Source: an uncultured Dehalococcoidia bacterium
Lineage (GTDB): Bacteria > Chloroflexota > Dehalococcoidia > Lucifugimonadales > UBA826
Direction of reading: 5' to 3'
Length of the DNA: 64,000 nucleotides
Assembly: GCA_964343265.1 (NCBI GenBank)
Contig: CAYFIW010000003.1
Coordinates: 9,688-73,687, forward strand
The notes beneath the pieces are model-generated. The model was not told the DNA's origin. It searched no databases and worked only from the letters and a program-made list of their open reading frames with translations. Shown piece after piece: positions 30,429 through 41,065 of this stretch (its first letter is position 1; each line of letters starts with the position of its first letter). The translations under genes and the position numbers were made by a program.

Positions 30429-31154
30429 GTGACTCAATCAAACACTCCTAATTTGAATCCTAACCTGCCACTTAGACACGTGGGAATCATTATGGATGGC
30501 AATGGAAGATGGGCACATTCCAAAGGTATGGAGAGAGAAAAAGGCCATAGGCAAGGGACAAAAAATCTCAATGAAATCCTTACTACTTTTACGGAATACG
30601 GAGTAGAAACCGTAACCTTATATGCATTTTCTACGGAAAACTGGAACCGCCCTCGTAATGAAGTCCAAAACATATTCGATTTGTTGGTTGAATCGGTGGC
30701 GAATGATCTTGAGGAATTAAACGAAAACAACATAGAGATCAAACACATTGGGGAGAAATCAGGACTCCCTTTAGAGGTGGTACATGCAGTCAGTCAGGCA
30801 GAAGACAGGACTTCAAACAACACTGGACTGAAACTCCTCATAGCCTTTAATTATGGTGGCAGATCAGAAATTGTTAGAGCTGTTAAGCAAATAATCATAG
30901 ATGAACTGGATTCGAATGATGTTAAAGAAGAAAGTATAGAGAATAGGCTTTATACTTCAGGCATACCTCATCCCGATTTAATCATCAGAACTGCCGGCGA
31001 AAAAAGGTTAAGTAATTTTTTATTATGGCAATCTGCTTACTCAGAATATTATTTCACTGATGTTCTCTGGCCTGAATTTAACAAAAATGATGCTAAGACT
31101 GCCGTAGAAGAATATTTATCAAGGAATCGCAGATACGGATCTTTGAATACTTAG
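30429..31154 (+). CDS. uppS: undecaprenyl (isoprenyl) diphosphate synthase
   Basis: HVGIIMDGNGRWA, YAFSTENWNRP and RLSNFLLWQSAYSE motifs. Confidence 0.93.
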   Translation: MTQSNTPNLNPNLPLRHVGIIMDGNGRWAHSKGMEREKGHRQGTKNLNEILTTFTEYGVETVTLYAFSTENWNRPRNEVQNIFDLLVESVANDLEELNENNIEIKHIGEKSGLPLEVVHAVSQAEDRTSNNTGLKLLIAFNYGGRSEIVRAVKQIIIDELDSNDVKEESIENRLYTSGIPHPDLIIRTAGEKRLSNFLLWQSAYSEYYFTDVLWPEFNKNDAKTAVEEYLSRNRRYGSLNT

Positions 31155-31203
31155 AGACAGTGCATTTGATACAGGCGAACATAGGTGTGGAAGGTAGAGA
31201 ATT

Positions 31204-32016
31204 TTGAAAACCCGCGTCCTGAGTTCTATGCTAGCAATTCCCATAGTACTTTCCTTGACCTATTTTGGAAACATATGGTTTTTAGCACTAATGATTTTTG
31301 GGTCAGTATTAGCTGCCTATGAGTTAAGCAACTTCTTGGCCCAAAAAAAAATGCGGACGACACCTTTGTTATCAGCTTTTATCTCAGGATCATTAGTTTT
31401 AACAGGGTTCATATTAGCGAAGCTTGATATGAACTCAATTGCCTTCCCTTTAGGCATTTCGATTTTAAGCTTAGCTAGTGTGGCTATACTTCCTTTATTC
31501 GCGCCACGTGCTCCTACAATCCTTACTAACCTGTTTATTAGTATCGCTGCCGGTGTATATGTGGGAGGTCTCCTATGCTTCGCTCCGTTACTCCGAGAAG
31601 GGCCAAATGGATTGGAATGGACGTTGTATCTGTTTGTGACGATCACCCTCACAGACTCAGGTGCCTATGCTGTCGGAAAAACTATTGGTAGGACCCCTTT
31701 CTTCCCGAAAATCAGTCCATCAAAAACTTTAGAGGGTGCTCTCGGCGGATTGGTTTTCGGGGTAATAGGTTCATTATTATCCGTACATTTTTTGGAAATC
31801 AAAATGGTCACACTTATAGAGTCCTCTGTCACGGGATTAATTTTATCTTCTTGTGCCCAAATCGGTGACCTATACGAATCCCTCCTAAAGAGAAAATCCG
31901 GAGTTAAAGACTCAGGAAGACTTTTACCTGGCCATGGCGGCGCCTTAGACAGACTAGATTCAATTGTTTTCAGTCTATGCGTCTTGTATTATTTTACTCA
32001 ATGGATCTCAACATGA
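31204..32016 (+). CDS. cdsA: phosphatidate cytidylyltransferase
   Basis: C-terminal signature SLLKRKSGVKDSGRLLPGHGGALDRLDS. Multi-TM. TTG start with GGAAGG upstream. Confidence 0.87.
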   Translation: MKTRVLSSMLAIPIVLSLTYFGNIWFLALMIFGSVLAAYELSNFLAQKKMRTTPLLSAFISGSLVLTGFILAKLDMNSIAFPLGISILSLASVAILPLFAPRAPTILTNLFISIAAGVYVGGLLCFAPLLREGPNGLEWTLYLFVTITLTDSGAYAVGKTIGRTPFFPKISPSKTLEGALGGLVFGVIGSLLSVHFLEIKMVTLIESSVTGLILSSCAQIGDLYESLLKRKSGVKDSGRLLPGHGGALDRLDSIVFSLCVLYYFTQWIST

Positions 32017-33161
32017 AAGGGCTTTCAGTTCTTGGTTCCACGGGCTCAATAGGAACTCAAACACTAGACGTTGTCCGTGCACACCCAGACAAACTAAAAA
32101 TAGTAGGGCTTGCTGCTAATAGTAATTACAAACTACTGTTAAACCAGATTGAAGAGTTTAAACCGCAGTTTGTATACCTAAACACGTATAACACTGCTTT
32201 GAATAACCTACCTGATTGCGTTCATGTAGTGAATGATATATCTGAGTTGATAATCAATGGTCAAGTTGAAATTGTCGTAACCGCCACAACAGGATATGCC
32301 TCCGTAATACCTACTTTAGCCGCGGTAGATCTCGGAATAGACATAGCATTGGCTAATAAAGAATCAATCGTCATGCTTGGACCTATTCTGATGAACAAAA
32401 TCGAGAAAAGCTCCTCTAGTTTATTACCGTTAGACAGCGAACCAAGTGCTATATGGCAATGTATAAGAGGAGAAAACTCTCACCCTGAGAAACTCTTGAT
32501 CACGGCATCCGGTGGGGCATTTAGGGATGTTGATATCAAAGAACTTAAAAATGTAACCAAAAATGATGCCTTAAAACATCCCACCTGGAACATGGGAGCT
32601 AAAATAACTGTGGATTCAGCGACTATGATGAACAAAGCGTTCGAAGTCATTGAAGCAAAATGGTTATTTAACGTGGATTGGGATCAAATAGAGGTTGCAA
32701 TACACCCTGAAAGTATTATTCACTCAATGGTTGAATTTGAAGATGGAGTAACTAAAGCACAATTAAGCGTCCCAGATATGCGATTACCTATACAGCATGC
32801 ATTATTCTTCCCAGAGAGAATAAAATCTTCCGAACCAAATAGATTTAGACCGACAGATACAAAACAACTAACCTTCAAAGAGATAGATCGAGAGAGATAT
32901 CCATGCTTTCACATGGCAATTGACTATGCAAAAAGGGGCGATACATGGCCATCAGCATTATGCGGAGCCGACGAAGGAGCTGTAGATAAATTTCTAGAAG
33001 GTTCCATATCTTTTGTTGAAATAGAATCCGTCATCAAACATGTTATGGAACTACATCGACCTTACAAAGACCCGAACGTAGATCAGATCATAGATGCCTA
33101 CAGATGGGCGAAAACGCAAGTAGAAGAGTTAATCGGAACTAAAACAGGAACACCTTCATGA
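32013..33161 (+). CDS. dxr: 1-deoxy-D-xylulose 5-phosphate reductoisomerase
   Basis: LGSTGSIGTQTLDV NADPH motif right after the Met at 32013 (ATGA overlap with the cdsA stop). The track start at 31977 is too early. Confidence 0.93.
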   Translation: MKGLSVLGSTGSIGTQTLDVVRAHPDKLKIVGLAANSNYKLLLNQIEEFKPQFVYLNTYNTALNNLPDCVHVVNDISELIINGQVEIVVTATTGYASVIPTLAAVDLGIDIALANKESIVMLGPILMNKIEKSSSSLLPLDSEPSAIWQCIRGENSHPEKLLITASGGAFRDVDIKELKNVTKNDALKHPTWNMGAKITVDSATMMNKAFEVIEAKWLFNVDWDQIEVAIHPESIIHSMVEFEDGVTKAQLSVPDMRLPIQHALFFPERIKSSEPNRFRPTDTKQLTFKEIDRERYPCFHMAIDYAKRGDTWPSALCGADEGAVDKFLEGSISFVEIESVIKHVMELHRPYKDPNVDQIIDAYRWAKTQVEELIGTKTGTPS

Positions 33162-34351
33162 TGGACTTACCAGGTTGGCTACTAGTCATACCAATCTTGG
33201 GGTTTTTGGTGTTTGTCCATGAATTAGGACATTTTCTAACCGCCAAACATTTCAATATTAAGGTAACTGAATTTGGATTCGGCTTCCCCCCAAGAATTTG
33301 GGGGATAACAAAAGGTGAAACCCTTTACTCAATAAATCTAATTCCTATCGGTGGCTTTGTAAAAATGGTTGGTGAGGAAGATCCGACTGAGGAGAGAAGT
33401 TTCGCGAGGAAAAGTGTAGCAGTCCGATCTGCAGTATTACTTGCAGGTCCTTTTATGAATTTACTCATACCAATCCTAATTTACACAATAATCCTTGCTT
33501 TACCCCATGACAAAATAGTAGGTACTGTGACGATTGCAGGAGTAGCCCCTCAGTCACCCGCCAAGGTAGCCGGCATGGCTCCAGGAGATGCAATTTTGGC
33601 GGTTAATGGCAAATTGATAGAGAGCCATACGGACCTAGTCGATGAAATTCAGAAACATAAGGAAAAACCTGTGGAATTTGCTGTTAGAAAATCAGCAAAT
33701 GTCACTGGATTTAGTTCTTCGCCAGAATTTTCACATGTCGAAAATGTGACATTGGTCCCTAGAAAGTCTCCTCCAAATCTAAAAATTGTTGAAAAAGTTA
33801 ACGATCCAAAAACAGAAGTAACTCTTAAAGAAGCCAGAACCTATGACATAAATGCTGATGTAGGTGACACTTTAAAACAGGGCTCCGTGGGGATACTTAT
33901 TGGCACTTCCAATCCTAAGACCGTAAAAGAAAGAGAGCCCATTTTAAGTGCTATCCCGGCCTCTTTTGAAAAAATCATACAAGTTGTCACCTACACATTC
34001 TCTGGGCTAGGAGGATGGATGTCTGGAGGAGAAGACCCGGGACTTACCGGGCCAATCGGAATAGCTCAGGTTACTGGGGAAGTGGCAAAAGTAGGTATGT
34101 TTCCAATTTTCGAACTCACTGCTTTGATAAGTATAAGTCTTGCAATTATAAACATTTTGCCAATACCCGCCTTAGATGGAGGGCGCCTAGCTTTTGTTCT
34201 AATCGAGGGAATTAGAAACGGGAAAAAGATATCGCCCAATGTTGAAGGGGCTATTCATATGACAGGTTTCGCCGTACTAATAGGTCTAATTTTGCTAATG
34301 AGTTACTTCGATGTTGTCAGAATCATAACTGGACAAGGTTTCCTACAATAA
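33158..34351 (+). CDS. rseP: RseP-like site-2 zinc metalloprotease (M50) with PDZ region
   Basis: HELGHF zinc motif in the first TM segment, NILPIPALDGGR motif near the C-terminus, PDZ-like middle part (GMAPGDAILAVNG). Confidence 0.87.
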   Translation: MMDLPGWLLVIPILGFLVFVHELGHFLTAKHFNIKVTEFGFGFPPRIWGITKGETLYSINLIPIGGFVKMVGEEDPTEERSFARKSVAVRSAVLLAGPFMNLLIPILIYTIILALPHDKIVGTVTIAGVAPQSPAKVAGMAPGDAILAVNGKLIESHTDLVDEIQKHKEKPVEFAVRKSANVTGFSSSPEFSHVENVTLVPRKSPPNLKIVEKVNDPKTEVTLKEARTYDINADVGDTLKQGSVGILIGTSNPKTVKEREPILSAIPASFEKIIQVVTYTFSGLGGWMSGGEDPGLTGPIGIAQVTGEVAKVGMFPIFELTALISISLAIINILPIPALDGGRLAFVLIEGIRNGKKISPNVEGAIHMTGFAVLIGLILLMSYFDVVRIITGQGFLQ

Positions 34352-34378
34352 TTTCTCAAAAGCAACTAAAGGTTACAT

Positions 34379-35545
34379 ATGAAAAGAAGAATCACACAAT
34401 CAATCTATGTAGGTAACGTTGAAGTTGGCGGTAATTCAAAAATAACAGTCCAGTCTATGACAAAAACTGACACTAGAGACGTCGAATCAACAATATACGA
34501 AATCAGATTGTTGGAAGAGGCCGGCTGCGAGATAGTTAGGTGTGCTGTACCAGACATTGAAGCAGCAAAGGCTTTAAAAGAAATTAAAAAACAATCCAAA
34601 ATTCCCATAGTGGCTGATATTCATTTTCATCATCAAATAGCTATAGAATCAATGAAAAGTGGAGTTGATTGCCTCAGACTCAATCCAGGAAACATACGTG
34701 ATCCTGAAAAAGTCAAAATGGTGGTAAAAGAAGCAAAGGAACGAAATATTCCTATCAGGATAGGGGTGAATTTTGGAAGCTTACCCCCAGTCGGAGGCAT
34801 AGGGAAAACAAAAGGATTATCCAGACATGCTGACGGCGTGAATTTACTAAACAAAGGTAGCCAAAATACTGGTTTCTATAGTGCAGTTGACCACATGGTT
34901 GCCACAGGTCTTTGGGAGATAGGGATACTTGAAAGTCTGGATTTTAATTTAATTAAGATATCTTTGAAAGCATTCGATATAGACACTACAGTTGAATCCT
35001 ATAGACGGATGGCAAAATTAGTCCCCTATCCACTACATCTAGGAATAACTGAAGCCGGTACGGAAAAGTCCGGAAGTATAAGAAGTTCTATTGGCCTTGG
35101 AATACTACTCTATGAAGGCATAGGTGACACCATCAGGGTCAGTCTTAGTGACGAGTCTGTTAAAGAGGTGGAGGTGGGTTTTGAGATATTGAAAGCACTT
35201 GAACTTCGGAAAGAAGGCCCAGTGCTTGTTGCATGTCCAAGTTGCGGCAGGGCTGATGTAGATGTCAGAAAATTAGCAAGTGAAGTAGACGATTTACTGA
35301 AAAAGAATAAAAGTTCTATCAAAGTTGCAGTGATGGGATGTGAAGTAAACGGTCCAGGCGAAGCGAAGGATGCAGATGTTGGAATCGCTGCAGGCGCAGG
35401 AAGGGCGGTCATTTTCAGAAAAGGGAAAAAGTCAAAAATAGTTGACGAAAAAGACATGCTAAATACTTTAATGGAGGAAGTCAGAAAAGCTGAAAAAGAC
35501 AGTTCTACCGTTGGAGCAGATGAAAAAGGAGTGGCTTCGACATGA
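34379..35545 (+). CDS. ispG: 4-hydroxy-3-methylbut-2-enyl diphosphate synthase
   Basis: 388 aa. RCAVPD and LRLNPGN segments. Cluster cysteines in ACPSCGR and GCEVNGPGE. Confidence 0.93.
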   Translation: MKRRITQSIYVGNVEVGGNSKITVQSMTKTDTRDVESTIYEIRLLEEAGCEIVRCAVPDIEAAKALKEIKKQSKIPIVADIHFHHQIAIESMKSGVDCLRLNPGNIRDPEKVKMVVKEAKERNIPIRIGVNFGSLPPVGGIGKTKGLSRHADGVNLLNKGSQNTGFYSAVDHMVATGLWEIGILESLDFNLIKISLKAFDIDTTVESYRRMAKLVPYPLHLGITEAGTEKSGSIRSSIGLGILLYEGIGDTIRVSLSDESVKEVEVGFEILKALELRKEGPVLVACPSCGRADVDVRKLASEVDDLLKKNKSSIKVAVMGCEVNGPGEAKDADVGIAAGAGRAVIFRKGKKSKIVDEKDMLNTLMEEVRKAEKDSSTVGADEKGVAST

Positions 35546-37260
35546 AGATGTCAGAGTTATTTGGTCGAACATTAAGGGAAGATCCGGGTGAGGCGGAATT
35601 AGTCAGTCACCGGCTACTCCTTCAAGCAGGAATGGTAAACAGGGTAGCTTCAGGGGTATATAGCTACTTACCACTAGCATGGCGCTCAATAAGGAAAATA
35701 GAGGAGATCATCAGACAAGAAATCGACAAGGCCGGCGGACAAGAAATTAAGCTAGGAATTTTACAACCCCGTGATTTATGGAAATTATCCGGAAGAGACG
35801 ATGTATATGGTCCAGATATGCTAAGACTAAAAGATCGTCGAGATAGAGATTTGGTACTTCCACCAACAAACGAAGAACTCATCACTGAGACAGTAAAAAA
35901 CACAATACAAAGTTATAGAGACCTTCCTATTCTCCTATACCAAATTCAGACGAAATTTAGAGACGAACCTAGACCGAGGGGTGGATTAATACGTGTCAGG
36001 GAGTTCGATATGATGGACGCCTACAGTTTCGATTTAGATGATGATGGATTGGACAAAAATTATGACATCATGGTTTCTGCCTACAAAAATATTTTTAGAA
36101 GATGTGGTATAGAAACCATTGTAGTTGAGGCTGATAGTGGCGCGATCGGCGGAAAAGACTCCAAGGAATTTATACTTATTACGGAATCTGGCGAGGATAC
36201 TATAGTTCTCTGCAACAATTGCGAATATGCTGCAAATGATGAAAAGGCGATTTTTCAAAAAAGTATCGCACCCATTAATGAGGTTAAAGAAAAAAGTATC
36301 AAAGAGGTCTCGACTCCTGACGTTAAAACCATCAAAGAAATATGCGAATTTCTAAATATATCATCAGACCAAACTTTAAAAACTATTGTGTACGTGGCCG
36401 ACAATAAACCTGTATGTGCGGTAATACGTGGAGATTTTGATATTAATGATGTGAAACTCAAAAATTTATTGAAAGCTCGCGAGTTGAGACTGGCAACCAA
36501 CGCGGAAGTAAATGAATTTGGTTTTACAGTTGGTTCCGCCTCTCCTATAGGAATAGATAACATAACAGTAGTTGTAGACGAATCGGTTCGCTACGGGACA
36601 AATTTCGTCGCGGGTGCAAACAAAGTTGACCACCATTTGATGAATATAAATTACCCGAGAGATTTCAGAAGTCATTTAGAATCTGATATTGCTCTAGCTG
36701 AGTCCGGATTCCAGTGTTCCTTATGTACCGGCACACTAGAAACCAGGAGAGGAATAGAAATAGGCCACGTATTTAAACTTGGAACAACATATTCAGAATC
36801 TATGCAAGCAAAATATCCTGACCAGAGAGGCAAATTAAGTAACTTCGTGATGGGTTGTTATGGCATAGGGGTAGGGAGAATACTTGCCGGAGCCTTGGAA
36901 CAACGCTCGGACAAACGAGGAATCATTTTTCCTGTATCTATAGCACCTTACCAAGTGACCATACTCAGTCTCAACACTGATAAAGTGGAAATTCAAGACC
37001 TATCTGAAAAATTATATACAGACTTGCATAGGGCTGGAATAGAAGTCCTATACGACGACAGAGATGAGACTGCGGGGGTAAAACTGAATGATTCAGACTT
37101 GATGGGCATTCCATTAAGAATAGTTGTTAGCAGTCGAAACCTATCGAATGGTGAAATAGAGATTAAACTACGCTCAGAAAAAGAAAGTAGTCTGATCAAA
37201 ATTGAAAAAGCGTGTGACACAGTTACATCTTTAATTTCAAACCTGAAAACAACGGAATAA
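35542..37260 (+). CDS. proS: proline--tRNA ligase (bacterial type with editing insertion)
   Basis: 572 aa. Class II motif 2 FRDEPRPRGGLIRVREF, motif 3 GCYGIGVGRI. 4-nt overlap with ispG. Confidence 0.95.
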   Translation: MKMSELFGRTLREDPGEAELVSHRLLLQAGMVNRVASGVYSYLPLAWRSIRKIEEIIRQEIDKAGGQEIKLGILQPRDLWKLSGRDDVYGPDMLRLKDRRDRDLVLPPTNEELITETVKNTIQSYRDLPILLYQIQTKFRDEPRPRGGLIRVREFDMMDAYSFDLDDDGLDKNYDIMVSAYKNIFRRCGIETIVVEADSGAIGGKDSKEFILITESGEDTIVLCNNCEYAANDEKAIFQKSIAPINEVKEKSIKEVSTPDVKTIKEICEFLNISSDQTLKTIVYVADNKPVCAVIRGDFDINDVKLKNLLKARELRLATNAEVNEFGFTVGSASPIGIDNITVVVDESVRYGTNFVAGANKVDHHLMNINYPRDFRSHLESDIALAESGFQCSLCTGTLETRRGIEIGHVFKLGTTYSESMQAKYPDQRGKLSNFVMGCYGIGVGRILAGALEQRSDKRGIIFPVSIAPYQVTILSLNTDKVEIQDLSEKLYTDLHRAGIEVLYDDRDETAGVKLNDSDLMGIPLRIVVSSRNLSNGEIEIKLRSEKESSLIKIEKACDTVTSLISNLKTTE

Positions 37261-37268
37261 AACTATCT

Positions 37269-38078
37269 ATGTGGCCAGATGAACTTCGATGTCCAATCTC
37301 CCTAGGGTTCGATGTAGACGGCGCTAGTAGTGCTATTAATAAAAATCCAGATGCTAGGAAATTCCCTAGCCTTATCTCTATGAGAGAGTATGGACCAAAA
37401 GTGGCTGTACCAAGAATCTTAAATCTATTGGAAAAACATGAAATAAAAGCAACTTTTTTTATACCGGGTTACATAGCTGAAACTAACAAAAATATGGTTT
37501 TATCAATATCGGATTCTGGGCATGAGATTGCTCATCACGGATACATGCATGAACCTCCTTCCACACTAACCTCTTCAGAAGAAGAAGAGGTTTTAGACAA
37601 AGGATCAAAGATAATAAGAGAAATCACGGGCGCAAACCCTCTGGGATATAGGTCACCAAGCTGGGAACTTAGTCCACAATCGCTAAACCTTCTGTCTGAA
37701 AGGGGGTTCGAATACGACTCCAGCCTAATGGGAGACGACATACCCTATTTTGTAAAAGTTGGAGCAGGCGAATTAGTGGAGATACCCATTCATTGGGAAC
37801 TTGACGATCATCCCTTTTTCAATTACTCACCAGCATTGAACCAAACTAACGTAGCCGCGTCTCCTGAACACGTTTACCAAGTTTGGTCTTCAGCATTTCA
37901 AGGACTGCACTTCTACAATCGTAGTTTCGTGCTAACTATGCATCCTTATATAATTGGTAGGCCCGGCCGACTCTTAATGCTTGATAAATTAATTGAGTAT
38001 ATAAAGAGTTTCAAAGGGATTCAGTTTTTTACAGCTCTTGAGCTTTCACGTTTATACAAAAGTAATAACGGTCATTAA
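37269..38078 (+). CDS. polysaccharide deacetylase/NodB-fold family hydrolase (PuuE-like)
   Basis: 269 aa. FDVDG, ATFFIPG and GHEIAHHGYMHE segments are typical of the divergent NodB-fold (allantoinase PuuE-like) group. Confidence 0.72.
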   Translation: MWPDELRCPISLGFDVDGASSAINKNPDARKFPSLISMREYGPKVAVPRILNLLEKHEIKATFFIPGYIAETNKNMVLSISDSGHEIAHHGYMHEPPSTLTSSEEEEVLDKGSKIIREITGANPLGYRSPSWELSPQSLNLLSERGFEYDSSLMGDDIPYFVKVGAGELVEIPIHWELDDHPFFNYSPALNQTNVAASPEHVYQVWSSAFQGLHFYNRSFVLTMHPYIIGRPGRLLMLDKLIEYIKSFKGIQFFTALELSRLYKSNNGH

Positions 38079-38187
38079 CCATTTGAACCTAAACAATTCC
38101 CGATGGTAACATTCCTGCATCTTAGAACAAAATTAACATTTCGTTGAATATCATTTTTAAAATGACCCATCATAAGGACAAGATACT

Positions 38188-39348
38188 ATGACTCTGCCTG
38201 AAAGAATGAAGTTTGGGATCTTCATGGCTCCATTCCACTGGCTGGGAGACAACCCAACCTTGGCATTAGAGCGCGACTTGGAAACCATACAATGGCTTGA
38301 CAGCCTTGGGTTTGATGAAGCATGGATAGGAGAGCACCATAGTGCGGGTTGGGAAACTATATCTTCCCCAGAAATATTCATAGGAATAGCAGCGGAAAGA
38401 ACGAAACACATAAAGTTGGGAACCGGAGTTGCCAGTCTACCTTATCACCACCCGTTGATGGTAGCCAACCGAATGGTGTTATTAGACCACCTAACAAGAG
38501 GTAGAGTTATGCTTGGCGTTGGGCCAGGCGCTTTGGTATCCGATGCCTATCAATTGGGAATAGATCCTCCCACACAAAGACCACGTATGGATGAATCAAT
38601 AGGTGTAATAAAAAGACTTCTAACTGAAACGGATCCAATCACCCATTCCTCTGATTGGTTCACCCTAAAGGAAGCACTACTTCACCTCAGGCCCTACACT
38701 CAACCTCATTTCCCTATAGCAGTCGCCGCAGCACAATCACCCTCTGGAATGGTGGCAGCCGGAAAACACGGACTTGGAGTGCTGTCTGTAAGCGTTATTA
38801 GAGGTGGAAGCGTGAGCTCTAATTTGGGGGATTTTTGGAAAATAGCCGAAGAAACGGCCGAAGAACACAAACAAACCGTAGACAGAAACGAATGGAGAAT
38901 AGTGCTTCACGTTCACCTTGCTGATAGTAAAAAAGATGCTATCGAACAAGTCAGAGAAAGATCTGCCGCATATCAATATGACTATTTCCATCAAACCATG
39001 GGAATGCCATTTGATTACGAGGGGCCCAAAGAAAAAATCGTAGACTACATGACACAAAACGGAGCGTGGTGTGTGGGGACCCCAGACGATCTTATTGCCA
39101 AGATACATGAGTTAAACGAGCAAAGTGGCGGATTTGGCGGGTTCATGATCCAAGCAACAGAATGGGGGACCAGAGAGCAAGTACTCCATAGCTACGAACT
39201 TATAGCTAGATATGTAATGCCCCATTTTCAAGGGTCACTCACCAATCTTCAGACTTCTCAAAAATGGTCTGAAGATCACAGAGAAGAATTACAGTCTCTT
39301 AAAAACGTTTCAATTGAAAAAGCAATGTCTCAATACAAAAGAAACTAA
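38188..39348 (+). CDS. LLM-class flavin-dependent oxidoreductase (luciferase-like monooxygenase)
   Basis: 386 aa. N-terminal MKFGIF...FDEAWIGEHH pattern, then LGTGVASLPYHHP and LDHLTRGRVMLGVG segments. Confidence 0.8.
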   Translation: MTLPERMKFGIFMAPFHWLGDNPTLALERDLETIQWLDSLGFDEAWIGEHHSAGWETISSPEIFIGIAAERTKHIKLGTGVASLPYHHPLMVANRMVLLDHLTRGRVMLGVGPGALVSDAYQLGIDPPTQRPRMDESIGVIKRLLTETDPITHSSDWFTLKEALLHLRPYTQPHFPIAVAAAQSPSGMVAAGKHGLGVLSVSVIRGGSVSSNLGDFWKIAEETAEEHKQTVDRNEWRIVLHVHLADSKKDAIEQVRERSAAYQYDYFHQTMGMPFDYEGPKEKIVDYMTQNGAWCVGTPDDLIAKIHELNEQSGGFGGFMIQATEWGTREQVLHSYELIARYVMPHFQGSLTNLQTSQKWSEDHREELQSLKNVSIEKAMSQYKRN

Positions 39349-39384
39349 AAATCATACAAGTAATTTTGAAGGGAGCTACAAATA

Positions 39385-40998
39385 ATGACAATAATGACTG
39401 GGGGAGAAGCCTTAGCGAAGTCCTTATACAGAGAAGGTGTTAGGGTTATTTTCGGACTTCCTGGCGTTCAATTATATAACCTGCTCGACGGCTTAGCCAA
39501 AGAGCCCGGCATAAGATTTATCAACACCAGACATGAACAGGCCACCACATATATGGCTGATGGCTATTCTAGGGCTGGAGGAGGCATAGGTACCGCATTA
39601 GTCGTACCAGGGCCCGGTCTTCAAAATGCAAGCGCCGGCATAGGCACCGCATACTCAGCATCATCGCCAATATTAGTAATCTCAGGCCAGATTGAAAGGG
39701 ACCATATTAATTTAGAAAGAGGAATGCTACATGAAATAAAAGGTCAAATAGAAACTATAAAACCTATTACCAAGCATCAGAAATTAATTTTGGATCCAAC
39801 TGAAATACCAGAGGCTGTGCACGAAGCTTTTGAACAACTACAGACTGGACGGCCTAGACCGGTTCAAATTGAAATACCCCCAGAAACCCTTGCTGACACA
39901 GCTGACATAGACTTACTAGAAGCTGGAAAATATGAGAGACCTATGGCAAGTAAAGAGAGTATAAGTCGAGGTATAGATCTCATTTCAAATGCAAAAAACC
40001 CACTAATATGGGCCGGTGGTGGAGTGATATCTGGCGAAGCCTCAAAGGAACTGGAATCATTAGCCGAATTTTTACAAGCGCCCGTCATAGCCACGGGAGA
40101 AGGCAGAGGCTCCATATCAGACAGAAGCCACTTATCAATTGGTAGTTTTAGATTCAAAAACGACACTTTCTTCGATAACAAAATCCAAGAATATGACCTA
40201 GTCGTTGCAGTCGGCACAAGATTGCTCAACAGCCAACAATTAACGGGTCAAAAAGTTCTACAAATCGACATAGACGAAGAGGAGATCGGACGTAACTATG
40301 AAAATACAGAAGGTCTAAATGGCGACGCAAAAAAGACTCTAACGGAATTACTTAAGGGACTAAAAGGGGTAATGCAACCCAGAGAAAGTAGGGAAGAAGA
40401 GTTGACACAACTGAAGTCTGAAAGGTTCAATCCTGGAACAGTGATTGAACCACAGGAATCATTTACAAAGGCTATTCGTGGTGTAATGCCTGATGATGGA
40501 ATATTTATCTCTGGAATGACGCAAATCGGATACTACAGTCGTAATAAATATGAAGTTTATGAACCTAGGACCTACATCACATCGTCCTACTACGGCAATC
40601 TTGGATATGCCTACCCAACTGCGCTTGGAGCCAAGGTTGCCCAACCTAATAAAGCTGTGGTAGCCGTTTGTGGGGATGGTGGATTCATGTTCAATGTTCA
40701 GGAATTAGCTACTGCCGCAAAACATCACATAAACGTTGTCGCAGTAGTATTCAACGATAACGCATTTGGAAATGTCATGAGAGATCAGGTCAATATGTTT
40801 GACGGCAGAGAATATGGTGCTGAAGTTCAAAACCCAGATTTCATGAAGCTCGCGGAGGCATTTGGAGTAAGAGGAGTCAGAGTAGAAGGATCTGCAGACG
40901 ACCTAGCAAAAGCTGTGAAGGAATCGTTAAGCATCGAAGCACCAACACTTATTGAAGTACCCGTAGGCCCGATGCCAAATCCATTTAGAAACTATTAA
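39385..40998 (+). CDS. thiamine diphosphate-dependent enzyme (acetolactate synthase/Xsc-like family)
   Basis: 537 aa. N-terminal Pyr domain (GVRVIFGLPG, RHEQATTYMADGY) and ThDP-binding motif CGDGGFMFNVQELATA...NDNAFGNV. Confidence 0.85.
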   Translation: MTIMTGGEALAKSLYREGVRVIFGLPGVQLYNLLDGLAKEPGIRFINTRHEQATTYMADGYSRAGGGIGTALVVPGPGLQNASAGIGTAYSASSPILVISGQIERDHINLERGMLHEIKGQIETIKPITKHQKLILDPTEIPEAVHEAFEQLQTGRPRPVQIEIPPETLADTADIDLLEAGKYERPMASKESISRGIDLISNAKNPLIWAGGGVISGEASKELESLAEFLQAPVIATGEGRGSISDRSHLSIGSFRFKNDTFFDNKIQEYDLVVAVGTRLLNSQQLTGQKVLQIDIDEEEIGRNYENTEGLNGDAKKTLTELLKGLKGVMQPRESREEELTQLKSERFNPGTVIEPQESFTKAIRGVMPDDGIFISGMTQIGYYSRNKYEVYEPRTYITSSYYGNLGYAYPTALGAKVAQPNKAVVAVCGDGGFMFNVQELATAAKHHINVVAVVFNDNAFGNVMRDQVNMFDGREYGAEVQNPDFMKLAEAFGVRGVRVEGSADDLAKAVKESLSIEAPTLIEVPVGPMPNPFRNY

Positions 40999-41011
40999 GT
41001 ATTTTAACAAA

Positions 41012-41051
41012 ATAACGTAGAGATAATCCTATAGGATTATCTCTACGTTAT
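41012..41051. terminator. bidirectional intrinsic terminator hairpin between convergent genes
   Basis: Perfect inverted repeat AACGTAGAGATAATCCT / AGGATTATCTCTACGTT with 17-19 bp arms and a minimal loop. A U-rich tract follows on the minus-strand side (revcomp ATTTTGTTAAAAT). Confidence 0.75.
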
Positions 41052-41065
41052 GATAAATTTATCCT

